Source: Antedon mediterranea (taxonomy: Eukaryota; Animalia; Echinodermata). From it: DNA of 64,000 nt. The notes under the pieces are model-generated. The model saw nothing but the letters and a program-made list of their open reading frames with translations. It ran no database searches and had not been told where the DNA came from. Positions within the stretch are counted from its first letter, which is position 1. Each line of letters starts with the position of its first letter. The position numbers were made by a program, and so were the translations under genes. The stretch covers positions 17,918,001 to 17,982,000 of the forward strand of contig NC_092671.1 of the NCBI RefSeq assembly GCF_964355755.1, in the 5' to 3' direction. This document shows, piece after piece, positions 50,759 to 64,000 of this stretch.

Positions 50759-53750
50759 CTATATGTCCTTCGCGGACATGTCAAGAAGACGTTGTATAGC
50801 GTTTGTTGCGTCACTTTCAAGTATGGATTTACGACGCAGAAAGTCTCTGTATTCATCGTTCGTTACGTCATCGTAACGTCGAATATTTACGTACGCGTTT
50901 TTTATTCGCATACCGTCTCGTAGTAAAAGATACCGGGTGTCGTAGTCTTTCACGTTTATAAGCCACCTATAAAGATTGAGAAAATATGTTATTGTTGACC
51001 ATCACTTATTAGCAATTCATCCCATAATAAAAATTATTTTGAAGATTATGATGATGGGAGGCCTACTTATTATATTAATGGTTTCAACGGAATGAATGAC
51101 ATTGAAAATCTTGGTGTTAATGATTCAATAATAATAATAATAATGATTGATAAATCATAAATAGCATCGAACATAATCAATAACTATTGTGCGTATCGGT
51201 CATAAATATAGCCTAAAACAGAAAGGTAAATATACACTGGTGAAATGTATGTATGACCCATGCAATAATCAACATAATCGATAATAATTATTGATTAATT
51301 TATATTACTAAGCCGTATGTCATACCTGTTGTCTGCACCGGCTGTGCCGAGGACAGTATTCATATCAATAAATTGAATTGATTCAATTTGATTTACATCT
51401 ACCAATCGCGTTCCTTTAATTGCGTCGAGCACATCACGATGTGACAAGTCTACGCCAGGGTACGGAAAACATACCGTTAGCGGGCGCAATTCTGGTTGCT
51501 CACTAAAAAATCTAATCTTCCTCATAGAAAACTCCTGCATTTGCCTCGATTTTTGATTGTGTTTATGTGGATGACGTTTGGAAAATTTAGCAGTCACGTG
51601 TCGTTTAGGTGAACTTTCACGGGTACTATTGGAACTCACTGACACTTCGCCATGATGGGTTTTTGCTCTAAGAGAGAATCAAACGCAATTTGTACGTTAT
51701 AAAGATATTTTTTTAATACTAGTTTTTAACTAAATTTCCCAATTACTTAATATATTTACAAAAAATATACTAAATTTATACAAAAATACCCGTCCATTTT
51801 ATTTGATATTTCAATAACAGTACGCAACCATTCTGGTGATATATATATATCACTAAGATTTCCTTAGTCAATAAATTTAACAAAGCTGCTATAAATCATA
51901 ATAATAGTGAGTTTTGCTTCAGGCGCGGTAGATGAAAAGGTAAATATTAATTTGCGCATGCGTATACGTCCAGTATACTCTGTTCCTTGGGTCGATTTAA
52001 GGTTCGGGCTATTAATTAATAGAGAAACATTTATGACGTCATTTTTTTAACAATAAAAATGGCTGATCAGTAAGAAGCGAATGAACGTGGTAGGCCAAAT
52101 TTGAACTTTTTAAAACCAGACCTAAAGACCCAGTCTGGCTAACGCAGAAACTGTTTTAAAACATGCCCACCAAGCCCGCGTGTAGGGTTTGTCTAGGAGG
52201 AGGAGGCTGACCGATCATAGGTGAACATGGTGTTAAAGGGTATCTCCATTGCATTATTTCAATGTATGGAAAGTGCCAATTATTCGCACGGCGTTTCAAC
52301 GCATTTTTAACTTTTGACAACCGAACCGCACCTATTTCCATACTTACCTCCTGATAATCTTCTTTGGCTTCCGAATATGAAATTGATAAAACTGGTTTGT
52401 ATAACTGCTGATAAAACTGACTCAACCTGGTCTGAACACTATGCACTACTATACCTGAATTGAATCTTGTGTCGATAGACAATGTATTACATCGACAAAC
52501 GTTCGTTGCAAATGCAACAATTTCTTGTTTTTCGAATACCCGAATTACATAATCAATATACGATTGGATTTTAAATGTCAGAGGAGATGAAATATCTGAA
52601 TCTTAGCGCAGGTGTTTCAACAAAGTAAAAGCGTTTAAATTCGTATAACATTACATGAACAAATAAATAATGTACCAAATAAATTGTTATAATACTGTCA
52701 GTAGTGTATTAGTATAGTAGAGGCCTACTAGATCATATAGAGCTATTAATTACTTTAATTCTTTACTTCATTGAAAAGATCACATTCAACATCGACCTTA
52801 ACATCTGATCATTGGTAATTAGTGAAAATAACTGTGATATGTATATTTATGTATATTGATAAATTTGACGTAAAAATATATATAAATTTATGTAATGGCA
52901 AAATTCGTTAAATCGCGTTACTTCTAGAATGTTTACTCGATGGTATATAAAGTTGGTTCGTACTTTCGGTACTGATTTTAACCACCTGATGTAACCCTGT
53001 TTACTAATTAAATTGAGTTAGATAATTAGTTATTGACAATTAAAACGAACTTTCCCCGAATAGGGGTGTTTTCCGATCACGGTATAAACTGTCTAATGGA
53101 TTTCCATCTTTAAAAATACTCGCACACAATAATACGAGGATGCTTCGCATTTACCTATCTCCTTCTACGATAATTGTTTTTAATAGCTGAAAACCGATTG
53201 AACAGCTCGATTACAGAATCATAATGTTGAAGACAGACCGATTTTCTTTAAAAAATACTATTTTGATAGACTTAATTATACAAATGTATTGATTTGCGAT
53301 GAATGGAACATTCCAGTCAGTCTCTCCCAGTACAATTATTTGGTTTAACACAAGTAGGTAAATTTATTGGGGAATGGGGATAAACTTAAAACCTTTAGGC
53401 CTATATAGATAGATATAGTATTGCAATACAAACATCTGATCATTGGTAATTATTGAAAATAACTGTGATATGTATATTTATGTATATTGATAAATTTGAC
53501 GTAAAACGACAATCTATATAATTATAATCATCAATGTCATCAACACCTTGCTTTAATAACAATTTATCAGCAGTCTAACTAACCTTATTTCCTCCTCTTG
53601 CATCTTGGATATAACAGGAAGCTTCAAGTGTTTCGGTGGACTCGATGACGGATGGTGATACCTGTTGTACTTCCCGAGATGCGGGTGTGATGAAAACTCT
53701 TTCCGATTATAGAAATGCGTCAGCTGCACTGTGCTGCTAGAAATTGGCAT
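50759..53750 (-). CDS. C19orf81 (DUF4732)-like protein
   Basis: Exons 53750-53584, possibly 52407-52348, 51667-51326 and 50966-50759, all phase 2. PLTVC..DLSHRDVLDAI..IESIQFIDMNTVLGTAGADNRWLINVKDYDTRYLLLRDG..RYDD..EYRDFLRR parallels the conserved C19orf81 motif (RFENMNV.CGTAGR.NRWLI.V.DF.TR..LLR.G). The N-terminal exons are less certain. Confidence 0.75.
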
Positions 53751-55567
53751 TCTATACGATGATAAGTAGAAAAAATAACATTATGAATACCACACACCAT
53801 CAAGATGGTCCAATTTATTCGATATCGATTATCCTATAATTAGTATAATATTCTAGGTTTCTTCATGCTTCCATGAATTACAATAATAAAGGAATTAATG
53901 TATTTTTTAACGTTCGACCGATTTTCATGCTGTGTGATGCAGTAATTACGGAAGTAATAATATAATAATAGCTAAAGACTAGGCCTAATAATATTCGATG
54001 TGTTCAAAACAAAAAATAATGGAGTTGTGTACACCAACGAGTTTGCGTCAACAACGTACATGCAAATACTGTAGGTAGTGTGGTGCATACAATTTACATA
54101 ATAGAAGTTCAGAATTTTACATACCAATTTTGAAAAAAATGAAACATCGGGAGGTTTATGAAATTAGAGGACTCTAATAATACATCAAACCACAGAGGGC
54201 GCTACGTAAAACATATTGGCATTATATAAAAGATCTAAGCCTAGATTTAACAAGAAAACTCACAAAAAACTCCGCCCTACTTTTTGATGTTACAGTTTAA
54301 GTATTGTTCTTTCTTCATTAATTAATATTCTACTTAAGCATTTAAGAAATGATGATTTTTTATCTGAAATGCTCTATAGTATTAATCATAAAGCAGGGCC
54401 TTCCGGTAAAATTAAATAGCTAACTGTGGATGTGTATACTAATTACTATGAGGATGTATTGTATATTATGATTGGGTCCAGTTTTCCTTCTGTAGTTGAT
54501 TTAGCTTATCATTCAATTAATTAAATCTGCATTCAAACAATCAACTTTTTTAGAACAAAGTCCGTGGCCAACTGACAAAACTATATTCCTAAACTAAACT
54601 ACGAGTACTGTTTCTTATTCCGGGATAGAGGCGTCAACCTAATATCGTAGTGACCCACACATACTCCAACATTCTAATCAAACAATTCTTCATCTATACA
54701 CACCAGTCGCCAAAACTATTTACTAAAGGATTTGACCAATACTCAATGATAAATGCCTACGTCGACTACCTGTCTGTATACATCTAATATACTGTTTTCT
54801 CCCAGACGTTCTTTAGGGTTTGAGCATGCCCTGTCCGGGTTTTTTCAAATACTGTACCCATTATTTAGCCGTAGTAAGTAATTAAGCTTCCGCGTGTGAA
54901 TATAACTGCCTAAATGAAAAAGGCGCGGCGTGAATAGACGGCTTTACTTTTATGTTATCTCTATGTACGACGTATGTAGAGTAGACATAATAATTATTTG
55001 GCCTAGTTAGGATAGGTATTTCAAGCGTGAGGGGCTGGACGTTTGTTTCAAAGCTAAAGCTACAGTCAAAATATGGTATCCTGTATCGTCCTGTATCCTG
55101 CAGGGGAGGAAGAGCACAAAAAGCAGACTAGGCCTAGCTACTACTAGGCCTAGCTAGGCCTAGCTACTACTAGGCCTAGCTAGGCCCCTAACTAAAACCA
55201 GGCTAGCTTGGTTAGGCTACCTCTCCTAGCTCATTTAGAGTTTAGTAGCTAGGCCAGGTCTATTTTATGATGTATTCGTAAACAATATTCTTACCTTGTA
55301 ACTGTGAGAGATTAAATAATTTTAAACAAAATCCAGGCGTTAGGCCTAGTAAAAATAGTTTCGTTTTTCCTTTTCCGTCCGTCGTTGATCCAAAACTACT
55401 TCACCCAAAATCACACGTGTAATAATATCAACAACAGAAACAAGAAAAAAGACAACGTAAATGGTTGCTAGGAAGGTACCGTCGTATGAGATGTGTGTAT
55501 TGCGCGCGGCGTGCATTGTGCGCGCGTAATATGACGCATGAATACGTCATCCACACACAAGTTTTTC

Positions 55568-56435
55568 GGGTGTCTAGAAAACTCAGATCTAGAGAACGAT
55601 ATCTGAGTTTTCTAGATCTAGAAAACTCAGATATCAATATCTGGGTTTTCTAGTTCCAAAATGGAACTAGAAAACTCAGATCATCAAATGATTGGTTGGT
55701 AGGTCATTTGGATGATTACATTATTAATCAGAAGGTTCATTTGAAATACTAGTGTATTATTGAAACTGATTACTGTGTACGTTTTCTTACTATTGTAACA
55801 TTTATAATTGGCCTACGGCTTATAATCATAAAGAAAATACAGTGCATGTTACTGTTAAAATGTAGGCTTAAAAGTGAGGTATGTACGAGTTGGTGTGGGT
55901 ACGAGTTGGTTGAGGTACGAGTTAGTCAAGTTGGGGGAATAGGTACGAGTTATTATGGGTACGAGTTGACCACTTCTAGCCTAGTAGGACCAGGCCTACT
56001 CTTCGATATACATCGCGATAGCACCCACACGTTGAGCCTTGAATTGAGTTTGCTTAGCTAGGCTAGACCTAAATGCTAAGCCTACATTTTAAAAGTGGTA
56101 AAGTATACTGTATTTCTTTATGATTTAAGTCGTAGGCTGCTACTACAAGTGACGATAATTATTATTATTAGTAAGAAAACGTATAATAATGTGTAGTATT
56201 TCAAATATGCTACCCTCTAATAATAATGGAACTATCCATTTGATGATCTGGGTTTTCTAGTTCCATTTTAGAACTAGAAAACTCAGATCTTAATATCCGA
56301 ATTTTCTAGATCTAGAAAAGTCAGATATCTGAGTTTTCTAGATCTAGAAAAGTCAGATATCTGAGTTTTCTAGATCTAGAAAACTAAGATATATCTGAGA
56401 TCTGAGTTTTCTAGATCTGAGTTTTCTAGACACCC
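55568..56435. mobile_element. MULE/foldback-type non-autonomous element
   Basis: TIRs GGGTGTCTAGAAAACTCAGATC with internal palindromic repeats. 9-bp TSD AAGTTTTTC/ATGTTTTTC (one mismatch). Internal GGTACGAGTT repeats at ~55880-55970. Confidence 0.85.
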
Positions 56436-57294
56436 ATGTTTTTCATGTCCTTTATGCTTACACCTCTGTTCTCTCTCAGACAGACCTAACGTTTTTGAGC
56501 TGTGCCTTTTTTTTAATCGTTTTGTTTTCAAATTGTCTGATTTCATATATTGACTGTCGTTATGATTACGAAATGTGAACGGACGAAATTCTTTATATTG
56601 TTGATTAAAAGCATGCATGCCGTCTACTCAAAATTATGTTAGCTTAATGGCCGTTTAATTAACAATATATGTATGTTCATCCTAATACATTTAACTTGCT
56701 AGACTTTAAAGTGTAATAAAAAATATGAGATACAGGAACAAATAGCCACTCCTATAGCAAAGATGTGTGTGTCACGTGTTTCACACATGCACAAAAAAAA
56801 AATCAATATTCGTTTGGACGTGTATGTGCGGTTTGGAAATAAATTGAGACAGCGCTTAGATATAAAGCCTAAAGCCAACATTGTCCTTTTTAATTTTTTT
56901 CCATTATTATTCCTAGTGATTATTACAAGAATCTATCATCGCTCTTTCAATTTAGCCATAGCAACGTGAGGGAATCGTACAGATTAATTATGAATTGATT
57001 CTTTATTGCGAGTTTAAATTGAAATATTATTAATTATGCATTTTTCTTGAATATTGTTCTATGATTAGAAAAAAATACGTTTATTAAATAGGGAGTATTT
57101 TTGAAAAGTTTATGATAAAATTTGAATAAAAATAGACGCCTTCTTAGCGTAAAACTCATCCACCTGATATTCGGTAGGCCTACTACCGCACCGATTCATT
57201 GCAATACACCATCAACGTAGGCTTACATAGCCTAGAATAATAATGTAACTTTGAAGTTTGTGAAGTTGATAGATGCTTCGACGACTGATTCATT

Positions 57295-57640
57295 AGTCAT
57301 GTTTACATCTGAATCTCATTCTTTCGTCAGAAACTTTAATACGATGTATGGAAATGAACTTGTAGTTAATGATAGATATCTGTAAGTCACGTTTATATCT
57401 GTGGTTTGCCTTCTCACCTGTATTATGTAGGCCTGAAAGATTTATTTAACAGCAACAATAATAATTATATTGTAGTCATGCTTACATCTGTATCTTCAAT
57501 CATAAACGTATACGACACTGTTAATGAATTAATGTGTAGTTAATAGACATCTGTAAGTCCGCTTATCTGTAATTGGCCTGTCGTGTGCCTTTTATTACCT
57601 GAATTATGTCGGCCTAAAAGTTTTCCTTAACAACAAACCA
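57295..57640. repeat. Diverged tandem duplication of ~175 bp
   Basis: TAGTCATG.TTACATCTG...TGTAGTTAAT...ATCTGTAAGTC...ATTATGT.GGCCT occurs twice. Confidence 0.6.
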
Positions 57641-58569
57641 CACGAATAATTGTATTTATAATGCAATATGCTAGATTTTATCTGACACTCATCTGACACT
57701 TATGGTAAAAATGATTTCTTTATCGGGGCCGAAATTCAAAGAGCACATTCAACATTCCTGAAAAATGTTTAATCTATAGCTTTAAAAAACACCATATTGA
57801 GACGATGCAAGAATTAAGATACTCATTTTAAAATGCTTTTTCCCTTTAGCGCGCATACAAACAAGATTTTGTACATTCAAAATTTAAACTCTCATTTCAA
57901 TGTTCACTGTCAACGTGTACAGTAGGCCATTTATAGTATTATGCTTACAGTCTTCGACAGTTTTTGAGATTTAAAAGAGCTGATATCCGAATTCATATCA
58001 AGTCCTCCTTGTAAATTATTACTGATTTCACTCAAATCAGGAAAAAGAAAACATGTCATTTTTTTCAAAATAATAATAGTTCAAGTATTTTAAAAGGCCT
58101 ACGCCAATTTTTAAATGATTGAGTAAAACTACAAGTGAAAAAGATTTCAACCCCAGATGAATAATTTATTGAGGAAAATGATCGCCAAAAAGGTATAGAA
58201 ATCTTATATATTTTATACTCTCTCATCCATTCTTAAATTTCCTGTATATCTATTACATCGTCTAATATTGAGTTATTTTATTTCCTTTTTTCAAGGATTT
58301 ACTTTTCAAGTATTTTTTTTATATTTAAGTTTGCTTTCATCTTATCCGAGTGATAGTATTTGTGCTAGATTTGTGTTATTTGTGAGATATACTGTATCAC
58401 AATTTCTAAGGCATTACAAGACGTTTTCAGTATCATTTATCATCCGGCTTTTCTTAGATGTTTCATTATAAAGTTGCCAGTTGAAGCAGTGATATATCTG
58501 TTCAGAATGTAAAAACGCTATGTAAGCTTAATTTAATATAGGACAACTTGGGTTCTTCGTATATGATAT

Positions 58570-60075
58570 TCGATGTCCTTAACCCATTGTGATTCATCTT
58601 GTCGGATGTAGCCCTCCTCAAGCCTTTGCTGTTCTGTGCTGTCCTAGCCCAAGTTGTACCTTTATAAGATATGATGTCTTCCCTCGATCCATTTAATTTT
58701 TTGACTTACTCCGCTTCTTTTGCCGATTCTCGGCTGCCGTTCTGTCTATCTTTTGGTCCATCTGATTTCTTCTTTTCTTGCTATGTGACTTGCCCATCGC
58801 CATTTGACTTCTTTTACTTTGTTCCCTTATCTTTGATTTTCATATTGCTCTTTTGTTGTCTTGGTTGTTGTCCAGGATTGAAGCACACACTGGTTGAAAA
58901 TTCGCCTTCTGTGTACTATTATGATTTTGTATCACGTAGAATGTCTCTATATCTGCCGAAGCAGCTCCAGCCCAACCTTTACTCTAATAACAACTTCATC
59001 TCATGTGTTGTCAACCATTTTTACTGTCTGTCCAGATGCTTGTCATTTTCAACTTGCTCAATCTTGTCAATTTCAATCTCTGTGGATGCATCTACGTGGA
59101 AATTTGTAATATCTTGTGTTTTTCCTTTGTGGATTTTCAAGCCAATCTTTTTACTTTCACTTTAGATTTAACGGAGCTTCCATGTCCTCGACTGATTTGG
59201 TTGTCAGAGCAACATGCAACATCATCCGCTAATCTCAGGTCAGTTTATCTTTTTGCGTCAATGTTGATTCCGTTTTTATCCAGATTCAGATTCTGGATTC
59301 TTTTTGGTGATATCGTGTCTCTTTCTCTGACACCTATTATGAGGATGGGTTTGAATAAATCGAGGTGAATTGTATAAGTGTCTTGAATAATCTAAACATA
59401 GCCTTCATTAACTCCAGTTTTTCCTCCGAATCAAATGCTTTTTTATAATCTATTAAAACTACACATTGGAACTTGTTTTACTTTTCTGTTAGTTGGTTTA
59501 GAGATAGTGTATGTGGTCCGTCGTTGAGAAACCCTTCCTGGATGTTTAGGATTTACTTCCTATCTATAGTAATGTTTCCATCTTTCTTTTTCATTTGATT
59601 TATCTATTCCTTTCTGTTCAGTTGTGTGATCTGTTTTGGTTCTTTTCCACTTTTAGAGAATGTTTTCAATTTGCTTCCTTCTCATATTGTTTTTGCTTCT
59701 AGTTCTTCTCATCATTCTACTGTTTTCACTATCACTGTGTATTCTGTCTTTTTTGTGTAGTTTTGTTTTGTATTTCTTTAAGAAACTTTTCTTCTCCTTT
59801 TCCATTTCCATAGTCCTATTACATCCCATTTGAAGTTTTTTAAATTTCATCCATTAATGATTCGTATCTTAAAGTTCTAGTATTGTATGTGCAAATGTTG
59901 ATTCGTGCTTGTCCACTCTTAAAGGGATGGTTATCATCAGTCGCACAGCTTCCCTTCGGCTTTGACTGAAACATCACATAAAGATTTGGTAAATTTTACA
60001 TCACAACTGTGCAATTTGCAGTCATCAGGTCATTGATGCCCGAGCCCTTTATGGCCATGGACTTTACGACCTCGC
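58570..60075 (-). mobile_element. Degenerate RTE-clade LINE
   Basis: Minus-strand remnants LIDYKKAFDS (~59430-59460) and DLRLADDVA (~59215-59245) with many stops and frameshifts. The plus-strand ORFs here are antisense artefacts. Confidence 0.7.
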
Positions 60076-62786
60076 TTTACTGTTCCTTTTTTTAGCAAAG
60101 TCTAAACATTAGAATGAAATAAATACGTTTAAGTAGTACATTGATTTTGTCAGTCCAATGGGAATATGATATAGATTTTGACATTAAGAGCCTTACATTT
60201 GGTCACAGCGCCAACAGCGGTAATGTTTGTATGTTAGGCTACTCTCAGTCGTCGATGACGCCACGAACGAACGAACGAACGAACTATGATTTACAGACAG
60301 TACACGATGTGAAATGGATTTTGTTTTTGTCAAGAAGAAAAACTAATTTTAGCCTAACCATAATATAGATAGTTAATTAACAAGATAGTAATATTAAAAC
60401 TACATTTTTTAACAGCTGAATTGTCTTTACAGGCGAGTGAATATAAACATTTATTGACAATTTTTTCAAAAGCTAAATTAGACTTTTTTGAAGCACTTTA
60501 CTGAACCATTTAAATACTCGAGAAGGTTAATGTTATGTCCCGTGTCTTCTTCATTGTTGTCAGCAGAGAATTGCCTGTCTTTACTAACAAAAGTTTCCTT
60601 CTCCATTTTAACATAATCTTCATATTTTGTAGTCTCCCAAATCAATCGTTTGTACATGATTACGTTACACACTGATAATCGGATCGTCAGTTTTCTCACA
60701 ATCTACGAGCAAGCAGTAGTTTTGTTCCGGATGTCAAGGCATGTAGAACTCTACTCCTATTTCTATTGTTCAGTCCTGACCAATACACAATTTAAATCGA
60801 GGAATTGTCCCATAAAAAAAATGATAATTATGATGAGTCATGAGCCAATATATATTTTTTTGCATGCTTTATTACAAATGCACATTAAAGGTCTATCTCT
60901 ACAGGTTTATAGTTGTGGCATCTTACTAAAATGTCAACACAAGTCCACTTTTCATGTTATCGTAATCTTCAGCGTTAATAATTTAGCATCTACTCATTTC
61001 AACATCCGTAGAATTCAGTAACGACTTAAAGCTAATCGTATTAATCCATGGCGGTTTATTATCGATGTAACCTCTACAACGTAAAACCAATTTTAATAAT
61101 GATTAGCGTTCAGTGAACCAGGCACAGAAAAACACAGTGATAACGAATTGACATGGATCCATTTATTTACGAAGCTATAATCTTCCGTATGTAGACGTTA
61201 GGTAGTAACAACCACCATCATATACCAATCTATAAACATATCAATATTATATACAACCGTTAACATTTAGTATACCAACATAACGTACAAAAGTTATAGC
61301 ACATACTAGATCCTAACATTTACTGAAAAATAAAACATCGCAACAAGGCGTTTTTGTATATTAATGCAAACATTTAGCCTAAACCTGGACGGTAATGGCA
61401 ACGATTAAATCCGACTCTATTGCCTTTTTTTATTCGAAATAAACAATGTATAAAATAATGACGTAATAAATTCTGATTGAATGATCTTTATACAAATTGT
61501 TTACCGTGATACAATTTCACATAACGTACGTTATTAGCTACAGTATATAAGACAACTCCCTACTGCTTTTACAATCAACACAACTGTACGAACACAAGCA
61601 TACTTGTAACGCTAGTTCAGTATCTGACTGGTGCTTCACTGTACACTTAACTATGACATATACACGAAGCAATCGCTATTTCATATGTATTAAAATTGCT
61701 TAATATTGTTATCCTTTTTGGTAGACATTTTCATCAGTTGTGGTAAGAAGGTTAAGGATTTTACAAAATCACCGGACACAATAACGCACATTGTTGGTAC
61801 CAATTTCTATTCTGAAAATCGTACTATAGTTATTACTGTAGGCCTACACTTTTTATTTTCAATGTATTATTTACCGTATTTTAGCGTCGACGCGTAATTA
61901 CAAATACGAAACCTGATATGGACAATCAGAAAACATAATTTTCCTCCAGGTTACAACTGAACTGATACGTAATCAGATACGTATTCATCAGATTCGCACT
62001 ATTTACCCCAGTTTTGTGGTTCAAATGACAAGAATTCTCGATAAAAAGAATGTAAAAAAATTAGAAAAGGTAGAGCAGGTTTACACATATAAGTTGATGT
62101 TCTTCTGTTTATGTTTACGAAAGAACTGCAGAGAACAGTCGGTACAACAAAAAATAACATATTAACAGAACTTTATGCCACTTAATTAGGTTGAGTTGTA
62201 AATAAAACATTATTCAACAACTGTAAAAAAAACATTTTACTAATCCCAATCTTTAGATCTAAACATTACCTATAACACCTATTACCACAAACCAAACTGG
62301 AACAACGGTATAGTCGGCCGAATATATACTCTCATCTGTGTATATTATTTACAGTATCTTTCTAAACTTCTTAAATTTGACAACGTAAAATAGTATATAT
62401 ATCATTCTTATGCACCTTTTACAATGGTTTACAGATAGTTGTTATTGTTTTCTTATGCCATGAGTTCCAATTTGTCAGCCGCGTAAATTCGTTTTAGCGT
62501 AAATGTAAATGAAGTATGCTATCATGTCACGTGATTCTAGCCACTAGCCAAATTGTGTGTACTTTTAACATAAACAATATTTTTAATGAATGTGTTCTTT
62601 AAATAAACGTAAATTGTGTAGGCCTATAAAATGTGACAAATACAAAGTTTGGCCCTTGAACCACTATTGCCGGCCCGGTCTGTGCAACATCGTCCTCTTC
62701 GGTTAGCCTTTTGCAAAAACAGCAACTCAGCTCTGTACCTGAATTTGGTCAAGTGAAAATTCGAACCAATAAGAATGATCGAACTT

Positions 62787-63917
62787 TCAATCATCAGTTG
62801 ATTGCTGCGGAGTTATACATCCCCTCAAACCTGTATTACCCCCAGTTAACAAGGAGGGCGTGCTTTCCATTAGTTGGTGCCATTGTGCTACCTGTTTTCG
62901 AGGTGCCTGGAGCATTTCCTGCCAGTGTTCAGAACCTTGTCCTGGTGAATTTGCTCCCACTTCACAGACTCCTATTAGTTCACTATGCCCTACCCTGTTT
63001 ATATAAAAATGTAACAATTATTATGTTAACGCCTCTTTATTTTCTTGAGTATGTAATGAAATGTTTTAATAGAATCAACGTGTCATCTCAACAATAGATG
63101 AATATACATTGCTAGTAGTAGGCCTACGGTATAATTGGATTCTTAGAATAGATTGAAAACTTTTTTTCTTTAAAGACTAACAATAGACCTACTTATCTAC
63201 TACCACAAAAGAGAAAAAAAAAATAGACCTACTTATTATTTACAATTATACAATTATATCCTTCTTAAAGGCTTCCCTATAACTGATTACATTTAGTTAG
63301 ATAAAGGAAGAGTGAAATTTCACTCTTCCTGGTCAGATAATTAAAATAAGTCGTTATAAAAATGGACAGTTAGATACATGTTCAGAAATTCCGCAAGAGA
63401 ATCAGAAAGTCATCACGTGATATTATTACGTGTGTATTTTTCAGTCGCTTTTGTATGTAATGGCCATCATACAAAAAAAAGTAAAGAGCATTTCCTGGCC
63501 AGGTGGTGTACAGTCTGCTGGTGGTCTTTTTTAGTATGAAGACAAGGTGACAATAAAGCGTCTGAGATATACTATTTACCTTCTGTTTTTTTGTTTTGGA
63601 ACATTTCTAATACGTTAAGTTGTGGCATGGAGGTACAACATATATGTAAACCTCAATGGTTATAGTAATGATATTGAATCTCTGAGCTTATATTGATATC
63701 CTGTCCATGTCATAGCGCAAGAACTCCCTTTCAGTCAATACATACCAATCATGATCTACCACCGCTACGACTAGAATGATCTCATCCATACATTCTGGTG
63801 TGACGTCAAAGACCATTGCTTCATTATACACAGGATTGAGGGTGTTCTTCTTGACTGTTGTTTTCCGTTTCTTGAGACGCTTACCTTGACTTATTAAAGA
63901 CACTTTGACATATGGAT
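62787..63917 (-). CDS. Last two coding exons of a canonical synaptotagmin (Syt9/10/6/3-like C2B); the gene starts beyond the window end
   Basis: Exons 63917-63746 ([45 protein letters not shown]) and 62994-62787 ([27 protein letters not shown]), with a phase-2 junction. Confidence 0.9.
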
Positions 63918-64000
63918 CTGGAATAAAGAATATCCAATTATATATAGCGTTACATATATGAAACATATTCGTTACTGAATCGAGTTTTCAAACTGAAAGT

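Noticed and set aside
58671-59368. Plus-strand ORFs of 164 and 121 aa
   Set aside because: They are antisense to a decayed RTE LINE.
59930-60030. Hammerhead cores (two minus-strand CTGATGA) at the RTE 5' end
   Set aside because: No correctly placed stem II and GAAA could be found.

Overview
AT-rich, intron-containing animal genomic DNA, probably an invertebrate deuterostome such as an echinoderm (inferred from a Deu-domain SINE and the gene content; not proven). Splicing by hand gives eight protein-coding genes. In order: exon 1 of a 2OG-Fe(II) dioxygenase (-); a secreted four-domain pleiotrophin/midkine-like protein that the ORF track largely misses (-); PRDM4 (+); NDUFB2 with a GC-AG intron (-); a VWA + DUF4537/C11orf16-like + coiled-coil gene (+); an atypical synaptotagmin (-); a C19orf81/DUF4732-like gene (-); and the 3' end of a Syt9/10-class synaptotagmin (-). 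Mobile DNA is abundant: a decayed NOF/Rehavkus-type Mutator transposase carrying a PHD finger and a USP-like protease region, followed by a ~190-bp hairpin satellite; MULE-type foldback elements with 9-10 bp TSDs; Harbinger MITEs, one of which captured neighbouring DNA; Helentron-type elements; CR1/L2-like and RTE LINE remnants; a SINE; and a Penelope remnant with a minimal hammerhead motif. The most striking unexplained signal is a large excess of TAGGCCTA/TAGGCTA/TAGCCTA words. Paralogue comparisons inside the window show that they behave as short insertions at TA sites, like transposon excision footprints, and they pile up at promoter regions. All coordinates were read by eye and no database searches were run.
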